A stretch of 64,000 nucleotides of DNA. Origin: Octopus vulgaris. Lineage: Eukaryota. Shown here one piece after another: positions 39,638 to 51,222 of this stretch (positions are counted from its first letter, which is position 1; the number at the start of each line of letters is the position of its first letter). Under the pieces are notes generated by a model, which saw only the letters and a list, made by a program, of their open reading frames with translations, was not told the origin of the DNA and ran no database searches. The stretch lies in assembly GCA_951406725.2 (NCBI GenBank), contig OX597815.1:155806001-155870000 (forward strand), in the 5' to 3' direction. A program made the translations under genes and the position numbers.

Positions 39638-42108
39638 TTCTATCTTCTGAATTTATGAATTGTTCTTACTGATAATTTAGTTTATTATCAAAGACAATTA
39701 AAATCAGTATAGGCTTTTTATTATATATGAGATATCAGCAGTACTAAATGGTGAGCTGGCAGAATCGTTAGCACGTCGGGCAAAATGGTTGCCGGCGTTT
39801 CTTCCGACTCTTTACGTTTGAGTTGAAATCTCGCTGAGATCAATTATTGCCTTTCCTCTCTACGGGACCAATAAAACGAAGTATCATTTAAGTGCTAGGT
39901 TAATGAGATCAACTTGTCTCTTCTCCTCAATATCGCTGGTCTACTTAATCACTGCAGTAGACTGGAGTCTCATTGAAGGGGAATTTGTGATCCCGGTCAC
40001 TTATAGGCCATAGAAACCTAATAATCAACTTTATGAGTTCCGAGTTTGGAGAAAAATATCTTAAAAAATATCCCTAATTTTTAAAAATATAATTTATATT
40101 CCCATTTCTCCCTCTCCTGAAACAAAAGGCCTTTTGTGCATAATGAAAATGTATCAATATGCTACATATTCCATTATATGATATGAAGAACAGTAACTGA
40201 TATGAGCCCGCATCGAGGCAGGTTTTCTTTTGATTCTTGACTGAAAGTTTTGAACTTATTCGGATAGAGATCTCACAAAATGGTATTACGGTCATTAAAG
40301 TCTATTTTCTAACGTAATAAGGGCATAATAAATGATTCAGTTTTCTATATATTAATACTTTAATAGAAAGACACAACGTTTTCTTCTAGAGGAGAGGATA
40401 TGAATCCCTCTCAAAGATAATAACGGCATAAAAATGGCTTGGACATTGACAATTGAATCTATATAGTAAATACTGCAAGATGGGAGCTTGTCTCTTCTAT
40501 TTTCTCTTACTTAATATATCACCATCATCATCAATTAACTCTGGCTTCCATGTTGGCTCGAATGAGATCATTCGACAAAACCCAGTGAGTCGAAGACTGT
40601 GATATATGCCAATATCTTCTCTGGAATGGTTTCTACAACTGGACACTGTTCCTCGTGTCTTCTACTTCACGGAGAGCACAAACAACGTGTGAACTCAACG
40701 ACGGTCGTTTATATTGCGAGAAATAAGAGCCTAATATTCTTAGAATCACATCTCACCGTCTTTAAAAAAGTAAAAATATTACATAATGAAATTCTAGATA
40801 TACAACGAAAGGATGTAGCTGCGGTTGGAACGCCTCTGATCAAAAGTCTGATCGACCAAGCTGATTTAGCATACATATACTGCTTTAACAGATATTCAAG
40901 GTGTAGTTAGTCTGATATCTCTTCACTAAGATCTCTCTCTTTCTGTGCTCCCCTCCTCTCTTCCTCTGCTTCTGTTTGTCTTCTCTTCTGTGCTGAAGTT
41001 TTTACTACTTTGTTATAAGCTGCATTATAGAAATGATGTGACGCCATAAGACAGACAAATATCAAAATTTTTAACGTCATTCGAACGGTTTAATTCGATA
41101 TTTTTTTCCCGATCTCCCGTTCGGCTTTTATATCTTTTCATGGTTCATAGAATAACACTGCTTTTCGTGCTTTTATTTTTTTTATTTTGGAGATCGCAAA
41201 GAAATTCTTCACTAGTTATCTTCTCAATGCAAGACAGCTTGACGAAAACGAAGATATACGCTATTTTTAATCACGTCAATTAGATCCTTGTCCTAACTTT
41301 TGGAGTTTAGTTCCAGATCTGAAATTAATCAAGATCAACTAAAATGATAAAGGACAATATAGAACTTTCGGTAAAGAATCATGTTTTTTTTAAAGTTCTG
41401 AACAAAATATGCTAATTTCTAAGTATTCGAAAATACCTTAAGAATAAAAGAAAAATACTGAGAAAGCGAAAAGATTGATAAGTAGTTATGTAAGTATGTC
41501 GATAGATGGATATATGAGGACAGGTTAACGTATTTTGGAAGATTGATTAAGGGAAAGTTAAATATAAAAATACTAGTCACCACAAGTAGTCTAGAATTGT
41601 TTCAATTCTTGATGGAACCATTAACTTCTACCATCTCTAATATCCAAATTATTGATATATTTCGGTCAGCGTTGGCAAATCAACGACTCAATAAAAATTA
41701 ATGTCACGTGATTTCAATAATACCTGTGTAAAGCCCTTTTTTTAAAATAAGGAATTCTGTAAAACACGATAATTTAACGACAGGAAGGAAAGAAAAGAAA
41801 CAAGAAAGAGAAAATATATTTAAACGTTTTCATACATTGGTATTATATTATTTCATACTTTAGCCTGTCAATGGCATATTATATGGGTTTTAAGCACCAA
41901 ATAATTTTATGTTGATGCATCTGTGTGACCTTCCTGCTAAATTATTATCATTACTATAACTATTTCACTCAACTGATTCCACCGAGGTCGGCTTTTCATC
42001 ATTTCGGGGTCGATAAGTACCGGTCAAGTACTGGGATCGATGTTATTGACTAACTTCTGACCCCTAGAACTGCTGGCACTTTGCTAAAATTTGAAACTGC
42101 TATTATTT

Positions 42109-42344
42109 CTTATTTCTTTACTGCCTACAAGGGGCTACACACAGAGGGGACAAACAAGGACAGACAAAGGGATTAAGTCGATAATATCGACCCCAGTGGG
42201 TAACTGGTACTTATTTAATCGAACCCCGAACGGATGAAAGGCAAAGTCGACCTCGGCGGAATTTGAACTCAGAACGTAGCGGCGGGTGAAGTACCACTAA
42301 GCATTTCGCCTGGCGTGCTAACGTTTCTGTCAGCTCGCCGCCTT
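42109..42344 (-). mobile_element. Full-length SINE family A monomer with 14-bp TSD
   Basis: TSD AACTGCTATTATTT (42095-42108) / AACTGCTATTGTTT (42345-42358). Complete head-to-tail copy on the minus strand. Confidence 0.9.
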
Positions 42345-42601
42345 AACTGCTATTGTTTAAATAAGTAGGATGTGGATTGACAGAATCGTTAGACCGCCGA
42401 GCAAAATGATTAACTGAATTTTTTCGACTCTTCTACGTTCTGAGTACAAACGCCGCTGACGTCCATTTTGTCTTTCATCCTTTCGAGGTCGTTAAAACTA
42501 AGTGTCAGTTGAGCACATGGGTCGATGTAAGTGACTTCCCCTTCACACAAAATAGCAGACCTTGTGGCAAAAATTAGAATTATTATCATTAGACCACTGA
42601 A

Positions 42602-43570
42602 AGCAGCAAGCTGACAGAATCGTTAGTACACCGGGGGAAATGCTTAGCGGTATTTCGTCTGCCGCTACGTTCTGAGTTCAAATTCCGCCGAGGTCGACTT
42701 TGCCTTTCATCCTTTCGGGGTCGATTAAATAAGTACCAGTTATGCACTGGGGTCGATATAATCAAATTAATCCGTTTGTCTGTTCTTGCTTGTCCTCTCT
42801 GTGTTTAGCCCCTTGTGGATAGTAAAGAAATAGGTATTTCGCCTGCTGCTACGTTCTAAGTTCAAATTCCGCTGAGGTCGACTTTGCTTTCATCGTTTCG
42901 GGGTCGATTATTTAAGTAACAGTTACACACTGGAGTCGATATAATCGACTTAATCCGTTTGTCTGTCCTTGTTTGTCTTCTCTGTGTTTAGCCTCCTGTG
43001 GGTAGTAAAGAAATAGGTATTTCGTCTGCTGCTACGTTCTGAGTTCAAATTCCGCCGAGGTCGACTTTGCTTTTCATCCTTTCGAGGTCGATTAAATAAC
43101 TACCAGTTATGCACTGGGGTCGATATAATCGACTTAATCCGTTTGTCTGTCCTTGTTTGTCCCCTCTATGTTTAGTCCCTTGTGGGCAGTAAAGAAATAA
43201 GAATAGTCGGCATACCGGGCAGAATGCTTAGCGGCATTTAGTCCGTCATTGTTCTCATTTAAAATTTCACCGAGGTCGACTTTACCTTTTATCTTTTCAG
43301 CGTCGATGAAATATGTATCAGCCAAGCCTATCCCCACTCCCCCAAAATTGCTGGCCTTGTGCCTATAGTAGAAAGGCGGCGAGCTGGCAGAATCGTAGCA
43401 TGCCGGGCAAAACGTCCAGGTTTTCAGTTCAAATTCTGCCGAGGTCCACTTTGCCTTTCATCCTTTTGAGTTCGATAAAATAAGTACCAGTTGAGCACTG
43501 GGGTCGATGTAATTGACTTATCCCTTCGCCCCAAATTTCTGGCCTTGTGCCAAAATCTCAAACCAGCATT
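42602..43570 (+). mobile_element. SINE family A array (three ~184-bp units plus two further copies)
   Basis: Units joined by AAAGAAATAG|GTATTTCG at ~42833 and ~43017. Further copies start at ~43200 and ~43375. Confidence 0.9.
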
Positions 43571-43609
43571 AACATTAATAGTAGTGGTAGTATTCGTAAT
43601 AAAAATAGG

Positions 43610-43830
43610 TGTAGGTATAGCTGAGTTCGAAAATATATAGGTAAGAAGCTCATTTTGCAACCTCGTGGCTTCGGTTCAGTCCCACTGTGGGGCACCTTAG
43701 GTAAGTACCTTCAACTATAGCCCCGGACCGACCAATACCGTGTGAGCGAATTTGTTAGATGGAAACTGTGTGGAAGCCCGTTGTGCATATATACATGTGT
43801 GTGTGTTTGTATGTGTGTGTGTGTGTGTGT
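43610..43830 (+). mobile_element. SINE family B, 5' half
   Basis: GGTAAGAAGCT...GGTTCAGTCCCACTGTGGGGCACCTTAGGTAAGT...GATGGAAACTGTGTGGAAGCCCGT. Confidence 0.7.
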
Positions 43831-43950
43831 ATGGTGAAAAAGAAAGTCAACCCCGAAGGTTTTGAAACTTGATACGTAAAGTGACGTAACTAAATATCGC
43901 AAGGTAGGGCATTTTGTTAGTTGTTGTTGCATTCTGCTACCTACCACCTG

Positions 43951-44163
43951 TTAGTAGTAGTAGTAGTAGTGATGGTTGTTGTAGTCATCATAGTAATGAT
44001 AGTAGTATTAGTGATGGTAGTAGTAGTAATGTTAACGGAAGTGATAACAGTCATAGTAATGATGGTGGTAGAAGTAGAAGTAGCAGCAGTAGTAGTAGTT
44101 GTAGTAGTAGTAGTAGCAACAGTAGTGATGTTGGTAGTAGTAGTAGTAGTAGCAGTAGTGATG

Positions 44164-44215
<52 letters not shown>

Positions 44216-44250
44216 CAGCAGTAGTAATGGTAGTGGTAGTAGTAGTAGTT
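43951..44250. repeat. Long degenerate (GTA)n microsatellite
   Basis: Directly visible. It generates the poly-S, poly-V and poly-Y ORFs. Confidence 0.95.
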
Positions 44251-47200
44251 TGAAAATTTCAAATCTACAGTTAAATTCATAACCAAGAGCAACTGTAAAT
44301 ACTATCTCTATTCATATATCAAAGATTTCAGCTTTTCTGACGAAGCGTAAGGAGAGAATATCGGGACGTGAATCTGTATATAATGTTTGATTTTATTCAT
44401 TTGTTCGTGTGCTCGTTTATTTTGCTTTGCAGTTCAAATCCTATTTAGCACTTTCTTCCAAACCAACGTTACAGAATTTAAACATTAGTTATGCACAATG
44501 TCGATTCTAGTGACAGCTTCCACCTGCTGCAAAATTTGTTCATGTACTTAAAACGGGAGAACATCACAAAACAATGAACAAACATGAAATGTGTAAGAAT
44601 TTCTAACTGCCTGACTGTGTGTGATATTGACATTGTCAAAAACTCAATATGTCTAAAATATTATTTGACCAGTCTGTCAAATATTATTACATTGAAAATA
44701 TTTCAATAACTTTATTGAATGAGAAGTGACAACTGTTTCGTTTCCGTGATCACAGATTAGTAAATCATCATCGATAACAGGACTCTTCATACTTACTACG
44801 TCGAGGAGCAAAAGATGCAATTATATGATTGGTTTTAGCTGCTGTTTACCTCACTATCGTCACATCCTCCCATATTCATTCTGCTCCGCCACCCGGGCCG
44901 CTAACACACGCTTATTAACATATTTATCAGCTAGTAAATGCACGTTTCTCTTACCTTTTCTTCTTATCTGCTTTTTATCGCTTGTTCTGTAAACTTATAA
45001 ACCCATTAAAAATACATTTTCTATCTTTGACAAAGGGCTTGGCTCCGCATTATTCTTGTCTCTTCACGGCACACGAACTCATCCATATTTATCAAATTTC
45101 CTATTAGCTGATACGGTTGTGCTATTTTCATTCCTCGATGAAACTATTCACTTTCATTGGTAATACATTTGGGAAAGTTACGAATGTTACACTCTATTTT
45201 TGCAATCTCCTAAATTATTAAACGTTTTTATCTAATGAAACAGAAGCCATTATTTATCTATTTATTTACCATTTCCAATTTCTGGGTGCTTTATAAGCAG
45301 AATCATCCGTGATATAAAGGGAATAACTCACCAAACTCTATTCACTTGAGCGCAGTACTGTAAACTGACGAAACAACTTCAGGATTTGTGCTTTATAATG
45401 CCAATATAACTCACGAATGTTCAGCACACAAGGCGAAAACCTCCACACGATTATTCTTTATGCCGGATATACCCTACAATCTTACAAATAATTAACTATC
45501 CTAAATGTAATATACAAGGAAATAAGAAAGGATAGTTATAGCTAGAGTGCTAGTTGGAGAATAAAGATTCCTCATAGAACGCTATAGCTGGACATCTACC
45601 ACATGGAAACAATATCAATGAAATTAGCAAAATAATAGCATTTTTATAAACTTCAAAAAACACTGATTGGAACCGTTTCTACCAAGCGAAAGAATTAAAG
45701 GTCACTGAACACCTCTCAACACAGATACTGCAGTATATATTATCTTCAAGTGGTCGCAACCGAAATATGTTTCAGTACGTTGTCAGGGATCTTTGCTCAT
45801 CTTGAGCTTTGGTAGGTTCTCAACATCAGATATGGCCTGGTTGTTAGTATGATAGCAGTATATAGATCCAATGAAATAATAATAGACACTTATAAAATCA
45901 TACCCCACAAGTTAATATACAAAAATTTCACAGATTAGTAGAGACGGGAGCACAAAGAAAAAAAGTTAGCTTCCACCTGGATTCTGACTTTGAGTTTCAC
46001 TTCTATATATCAGATACCGGAAAAGTATTGTGGAAAGATTTGAAGGAACCAATGCAATTACTAACACTTACATTTACTCATGTTGTTTTCAAATTTTGAC
46101 ACAAGGCTGTCAAGTTGGTGGGGAGGAAGTGGTCGATTACATCGATCCAAGTGTTCAACTGGTACTTATTTTATCAACGCCGAAAGGATGAAAGGGAAAT
46201 CAACGTCGGTGAGATTTGAACTTAGAACGTAAAATCGGAAGCAATGCCTATAAGCATTTTCCCGGTGTCGTAGCGAGTTTGCGAGCTCGCCACTTTACAT
46301 TTACTCATATTAACATCACTATATCCCAAGGTTCTTCAAGTTGAGAAAAATAATCCTAACTGGTAACCTGAGTAAAATAATACCACATACACCTTGCAGT
46401 CCTCCAAGTATATGCTCAAAAATTTTAGAAAGTCTCTTATTCTCATTGGATAACATAAAACGTTAATGGGGAACTACATATAGACAACAGAGTCGATAAA
46501 GATGCTTCGATGAAGCCTTTCGACCTGATGAGAGCAACCGAAAACCCTTTCTCAAATCAAATTCTACTGTCTTAAAAAAAAATTAAAAGAGGTTACATTC
46601 GCTACTGTGGTCTTAGAAATTATGTCTGAATAAAAAGTGGAAAGGATGGCGTATTTTTAGTCCTTTATCTACTCGATTAGAGCGGCTCTGGGCTAAACAA
46701 CAGCGACCACAACAATAGACAGTCATATTAGAGAGAAGAAAGAGTACAACGTATCTAAACTGTCATACTCTCTAGATTGGAATGTGAAGGTTAGTCGTAA
46801 TGGCTTATCCAGAGCTATGGATCTATCGATCACACCTGACCGATCTTCTGACTATCTAAGCGCCCTAAGTATACTTGGTTAGGGTTACATATCTACATCA
46901 GCAACAACAACGGGTTTGTACACATTTGTAAACAGGCAGATAATGACAATAATAGTGAAGTGTCTTGCCGATGGAATACAGTTTACCTGTCGTTCTACCA
47001 TTAGGCAAGTCTATATCGACTCACTTAACAGCCATTTTCTTAAGGGCAGCAGACACAGATGTAAGTTTTTTTCAAGTTTTTAATAATGTTTTGTCGAAGT
47101 GTGGCAACAAGATGCATCTATGTCTTTGAATAAACGACATGATTTTATAGTTTGAGTTTGACTAGATATAATTTGCCTAGAATACAATACATAATAATGG

Positions 47201-47394
47201 ATGTCAGTTTCTGAACGTAATAGCAACATATAATAATTAATCGAAATATAATAGAAGTCCCGGAAATGAATTGAAATTTCAATCTAAATTGGCAATGCAA
47301 TTAACCTTAAAGCAAAGATACGAATACTAACAAATCTATAACATTTCAGAATTAAATTCATTGTTATCCTCTCCTACTAAATTACACTGATTAC

Positions 47395-47599
47395 TCTTTA
47401 CGTTTTAACTCTTTTACTTGTTTCAGTCATTTGACTGCGGCCATACTGGAGCACCGCCTTTAGTCGAGCAAATCAACCCCAGGACTTATTCTTTGTAAGC
47501 CTAGTACTTATTCTATCGGTCTCTTTTGCCGAACGGCTAAGTTACGGGGACGTAAACACACCAGCATTAGTTGTGAAGCAATGTTGGGGGGACAAACAG

Positions 47600-47653
<54 letters not shown>

Positions 47654-47832
47654 CTATATATATACATATACATATACACGACGAGCTTCTTTCAGTTTCC
47701 GTCTACCAAATCCACTCACAAGGCTTTGGTCGGCCCGAGGCTATAGTAGAAAACACTTGCCCAAGGTGCTACGCAGTTGGACTGAACCCGGAACCATGTG
47801 GTTCTTAAGCAAGCTACTTACCACACAGCCGC
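47395..47832 (-). mobile_element. SINE family B, near full length
   Basis: Reverse complement of 60466-60860, including the internal (CA)n/(TA)n tract. Confidence 0.9.
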
Positions 47833-48309
47833 TCGATAAAGAGATTTCTAATATAGATTTCATGTTGTTTGCTATGGTCCGATCTGGAGTATATAATGCT
47901 GTAAGCGTACTGACTCCTTTACAATTGCTTAGATAATAAGTACTTGTAATCTTTGCTTTTGCTAAGGAAACCTAATAAGACTGAAACTTATCTGAAGTTA
48001 TCTCCGACACACACCCAAATAGAATAATAATCAGATGTTCGTCATATCAAAGCATCTAATTAGATTTGTTAATGATCACTGCAATAAATATATTAGCATT
48101 AACGTAACTATTATTACTGCATTTGTTACTTCTCTTTTGCTAAATCTGTATACAATGTACACTACATTTATTTCAGTCATTCAATTCTGTGAAAACCCAC
48201 ACTTTATGTTTGCTTGTTTTATTGTATATTCCCCCTCGTCCGCTGCTCTGGTACCATATAAAAGAAATTACTATTTATATCATTATTACAACAACAACAA
48301 CAACAATAA

Positions 48310-50318
48310 ATTAAGTGAAACAGCAATATTAGAATAACAACCGAAATGATAACCGAACAGGCAACAAAAATCCCAAACTGAAGATGCCCAGGCCCGGATG
48401 GTGTACAAGGATGTTGGCTGAAAAATTTCCCAGCTCTACACAGAATAATAGCTAGGCAAATGGATAAAATGTTTAACAACGGGTGGCAAATCTTAAAGTG
48501 ACTGACCACAGGTAAAACAATTCTTTGCCAAATGATTCCAGTAAAGAAATTGCAGTGGATTACCGGCCTATCACCAGCCTGCCTCTGATGTGGAAACTCA
48601 TGACAGGAATAATATTTAATTATGTGTATAACTTACTGGAAATGAACGACAAACTGCCAGTGGAACAGAAAGAAAAGCCAAGGAACAAAAGGCCAACTTC
48701 TGATAGACAGAATGGTACTGAACGACTGCAAGAAAAGACTTACTAATCTGCGCATGGCGTAGATCGATTATAAGAAAGCGTATGAAATGGTCCCCCATTC
48801 CTTGATTTTAGAAAATCTTGAGCTGGAACAGGTGTCTGATAACATATCAAATTTTATTATGAGATCAATGAAGAACTAAAATACAGAGTTAACTTCACGT
48901 GGAAAATTTTTGGCGAGGATTAACATAAAGAGATGCATATTTCAAGGAGATAGCCTATCAGCATTGCAGTTTGTACTTTGTAGGATGCCCCTCACACAAA
49001 TACTGCGGAAAGTGATATCGGAGTACACCTTGAAAAGTGGAGTAAAATTAAAACATCTGATATATATAAATAGCTTAACGATCTTTGGGAAGACCGAACG
49101 TGAAATAAATGGCCTAGTTTCAACAGTGCAGATATTCAGTAAGGATATCGGAATGGAATTTGGGACTAAAACGTGTGGTATGTTTATTATACAAAAAGGC
49201 AAAGTAGTGTCGTCTGATGGTCTAGAGCTACCCAACGGCAAGAAAATCAAGGATATTGAGACTGATGGATATAATTATCTGGCTATTTTGGAATATGAAA
49301 AAAATCGAGGAAAGTGAAATGAAGGAGAGCTTTAGGAGAGAATATCTCAGAAGAACCAAATTAATTATGGGAAATAGACTCAATGGAAAAAAGAAAAAAC
49401 AAGATCAGGGCAATGAACATATGGTCTGTTTATTTAATGCGATATGGTGCAGGTGTTGTTAGCTGGACAAAGAACGAGTTTGAGGAAATGGACAGGAAAA
49501 CTAGGAAAGTGATGACAACAGGGATATTGACAGGCTGTATGTGTCTAGGAACAGGAGAGGCAGTGTGCTCATAGGATGCTAGATCTCTGTTGTCAACGAG
49601 ACGAGAAGAAAAGTCTGGGATGGTACATCAAGCTTGCCGCTGTTAGAATTAACAATATAATACCTACCGAAAATGCGATGCACCCACAAACATTTAAGAA
49701 ACAAAATGAAGAAGAAAGAGTAAACAACTGGAAAATGAAACCACTGCAAAGGCAATACCTCAGAGAAATCAAAGGAAAAGACAAGATAAATACTTGGAGA
49801 TGGCTAAGAAAAAGGGATATGAAAGAATGCACCGAGGCATTGATATGCAGAGCCCAGGAACAATTTGTGAGAACTAATCACACAAAGTTCCAAATAGGTA
49901 AGACCAGCGAATCATTCCTATGTAGGATGTTTGGCAGCAAAAACGAAACAATCTCAGAGCGTCCCGGATACATATTGTGAGTTAGCAAGCTGGCCGAAAA
50001 GCACTACAAAAGGAGGTACGATAACCTGGCTAAGTTCGTCCGCTGGAGGATATGTGAAAAGTATTGCCTGAACAGAGCATGGAAATGGTGCGCACATGAA
50101 CCAGAAAGAATCATCGAAAACAAGGAATATAAGATACTATGGGATATCACAATTCAATTTGACTCCGTAATCGATGCTCGTAGACCAGATATTGTTGTGG
50201 TAGATAAAGGAAAACAGGAAACCAAGATTATAGATATTGCAATACCTGGGAATGCACGCATAAATGACAAAGAACTAGAAAAGATAGAAAAATACAGACT
50301 ACTAAAAGACGAAATTCC
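48310..50318 (+). mobile_element. R4/Dong-type non-LTR retrotransposon fossil (RT + CCHC + RLE)
   Basis: PGPDGVQGCWLK, DYRPITSLPLMWKL, A*IDYKKAYEMVPHS, IFQGDSLS, HLIYINSL (for HLLYMDDL), DIGMEFG..TC, TEALICRAQEQ, CRMFGSKNETIS, LWDITIQFDSVIDARRPDIVVVDK...IIDIAIPGN...KIEKY (PD-(D/E)xK). Starts right after a (CAA)n tract. Confidence 0.92.
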
Positions 50319-50855
50319 AAAATTAAACGGACAGAATAAGATTGAAGCTATCAACAACTGGGCGGTTTCATTCCTTAGATATGGGATACTCCACCCAAAA
50401 AGTGATACAGACAAACTGTATGTGTCAAGAAAAAGAGGGATAAGAGGACTGATTTGATGAGTTTATGATTTGGTGTGACCATGAGATAGAGAATAGGAAA
50501 CCAGACATAGTGTTAATTGAGAAAGAAAGCAAACTATGGTGGATCATAGATATAGCATGCCCAGCCGACAATAAGGTGTGTAATAAGGAAGAAAAAAGGT
50601 CGATAGCCTGGGAGGTTAAGCGGTTGTGGTCGCTGAAAAAGGTGGTAGTAGTATCATTAATTGTCGGAGCCCTGGGAATAGAGAGTAAAACATTTGAGAA
50701 GTATATGAAATAAATAGGGGCTGCAATAAGGGTGGAGCACTTGCAGAAAATAGCACTGTTTGGAACCGCAAGAATACTCCGGATTGTACTCGAAAAATAA
50801 GGAGTGTTATCTTAGTTTACTGGTAGCGAACAGCTGACACTGTAGTACATCTCCA
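50319..50855 (+). mobile_element. Second R4/Dong-type element, internally deleted (thumb fragment fused to RLE and 3' end)
   Basis: KLNGQNKIEAINNWAVSFLRYG / LHPKSDTDKLYVSRKRGIRGLI, then RKPDIVLIEK...IIDIACPAD...IVGALG...LQKIALFGTARILR. Confidence 0.8.
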
Positions 50856-50879
50856 ACCGGGGGTGGGGGGTGGAGTCAA

Positions 50880-51107
50880 TTTTTTATTTGTCTAGTGGCT
50901 GTAGCGAAAGAGGTAGTATGGTGGACCTGTTTGAAAGGACTAAAGACATACACTTTCCTTTTTGGCCAAGCTCTCATCAACTTTTTCAAGTTTCACTTGA
51001 AAAGGTAGTTGAGAGCGGAGAGGGAAGTGTTGCCTTGTAGCAAGTTTGTTGAAAGGTGGGTGAATGTTGGAAGAATGGCCAATGTGATAGGACCAATTCT
51101 GAGCGTG
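50880..51107 (+). mobile_element. Tx1/L1-clade ORF2 C-terminal fragment
   Basis: FICLVAVAKEVVWWTCLKGLKT...FFKFHLKR*LRAEREVLPCSKFVERWVNV resembles the AK..IW..R ... F..RW C-terminal signature of Tx1/L1 ORF2. Confidence 0.55.
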
Positions 51108-51222
51108 CACCTGTTGTCAGCTGGACATGCTATATCTATGATCCAGAATCGCTTACTTTCTTTCTCAATTAATACTATGTCTGGTTTCCTATTCTATATC
51201 TCATGGTTGCACTGAATCATAA
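51108..51222 (-). mobile_element. Inverted RLE fragment of the R4/Dong family
   Basis: Reverse complement closely matches 50463-50578. Confidence 0.85.

Noticed and set aside
42630-43200. Regular repeats suggesting a CRISPR array or satellite
   Set aside because: No unique spacers. The units are SINE bodies in a eukaryotic context.
43914-44292. Ser-rich, Val-rich and Tyr-rich ORFs
   Set aside because: Translations of a (GTA)n microsatellite. The same applies to the many HT/YI/CV-repeat ORFs in the track.
44955-44986. 32-nt minus-strand micro-exon candidate with a strong AAG|GTAAGA donor
   Set aside because: The frame that would join the phase-0 FERM exon contains TAA. It cannot be supported without RNA data.
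46525-46545. CTGATGAG...CGAAA hammerhead-like core
   Set aside because: No stems I/III, and it lies within a diverged copy of a common repeat (CTAGAAATAGCAGCCAAAT family).
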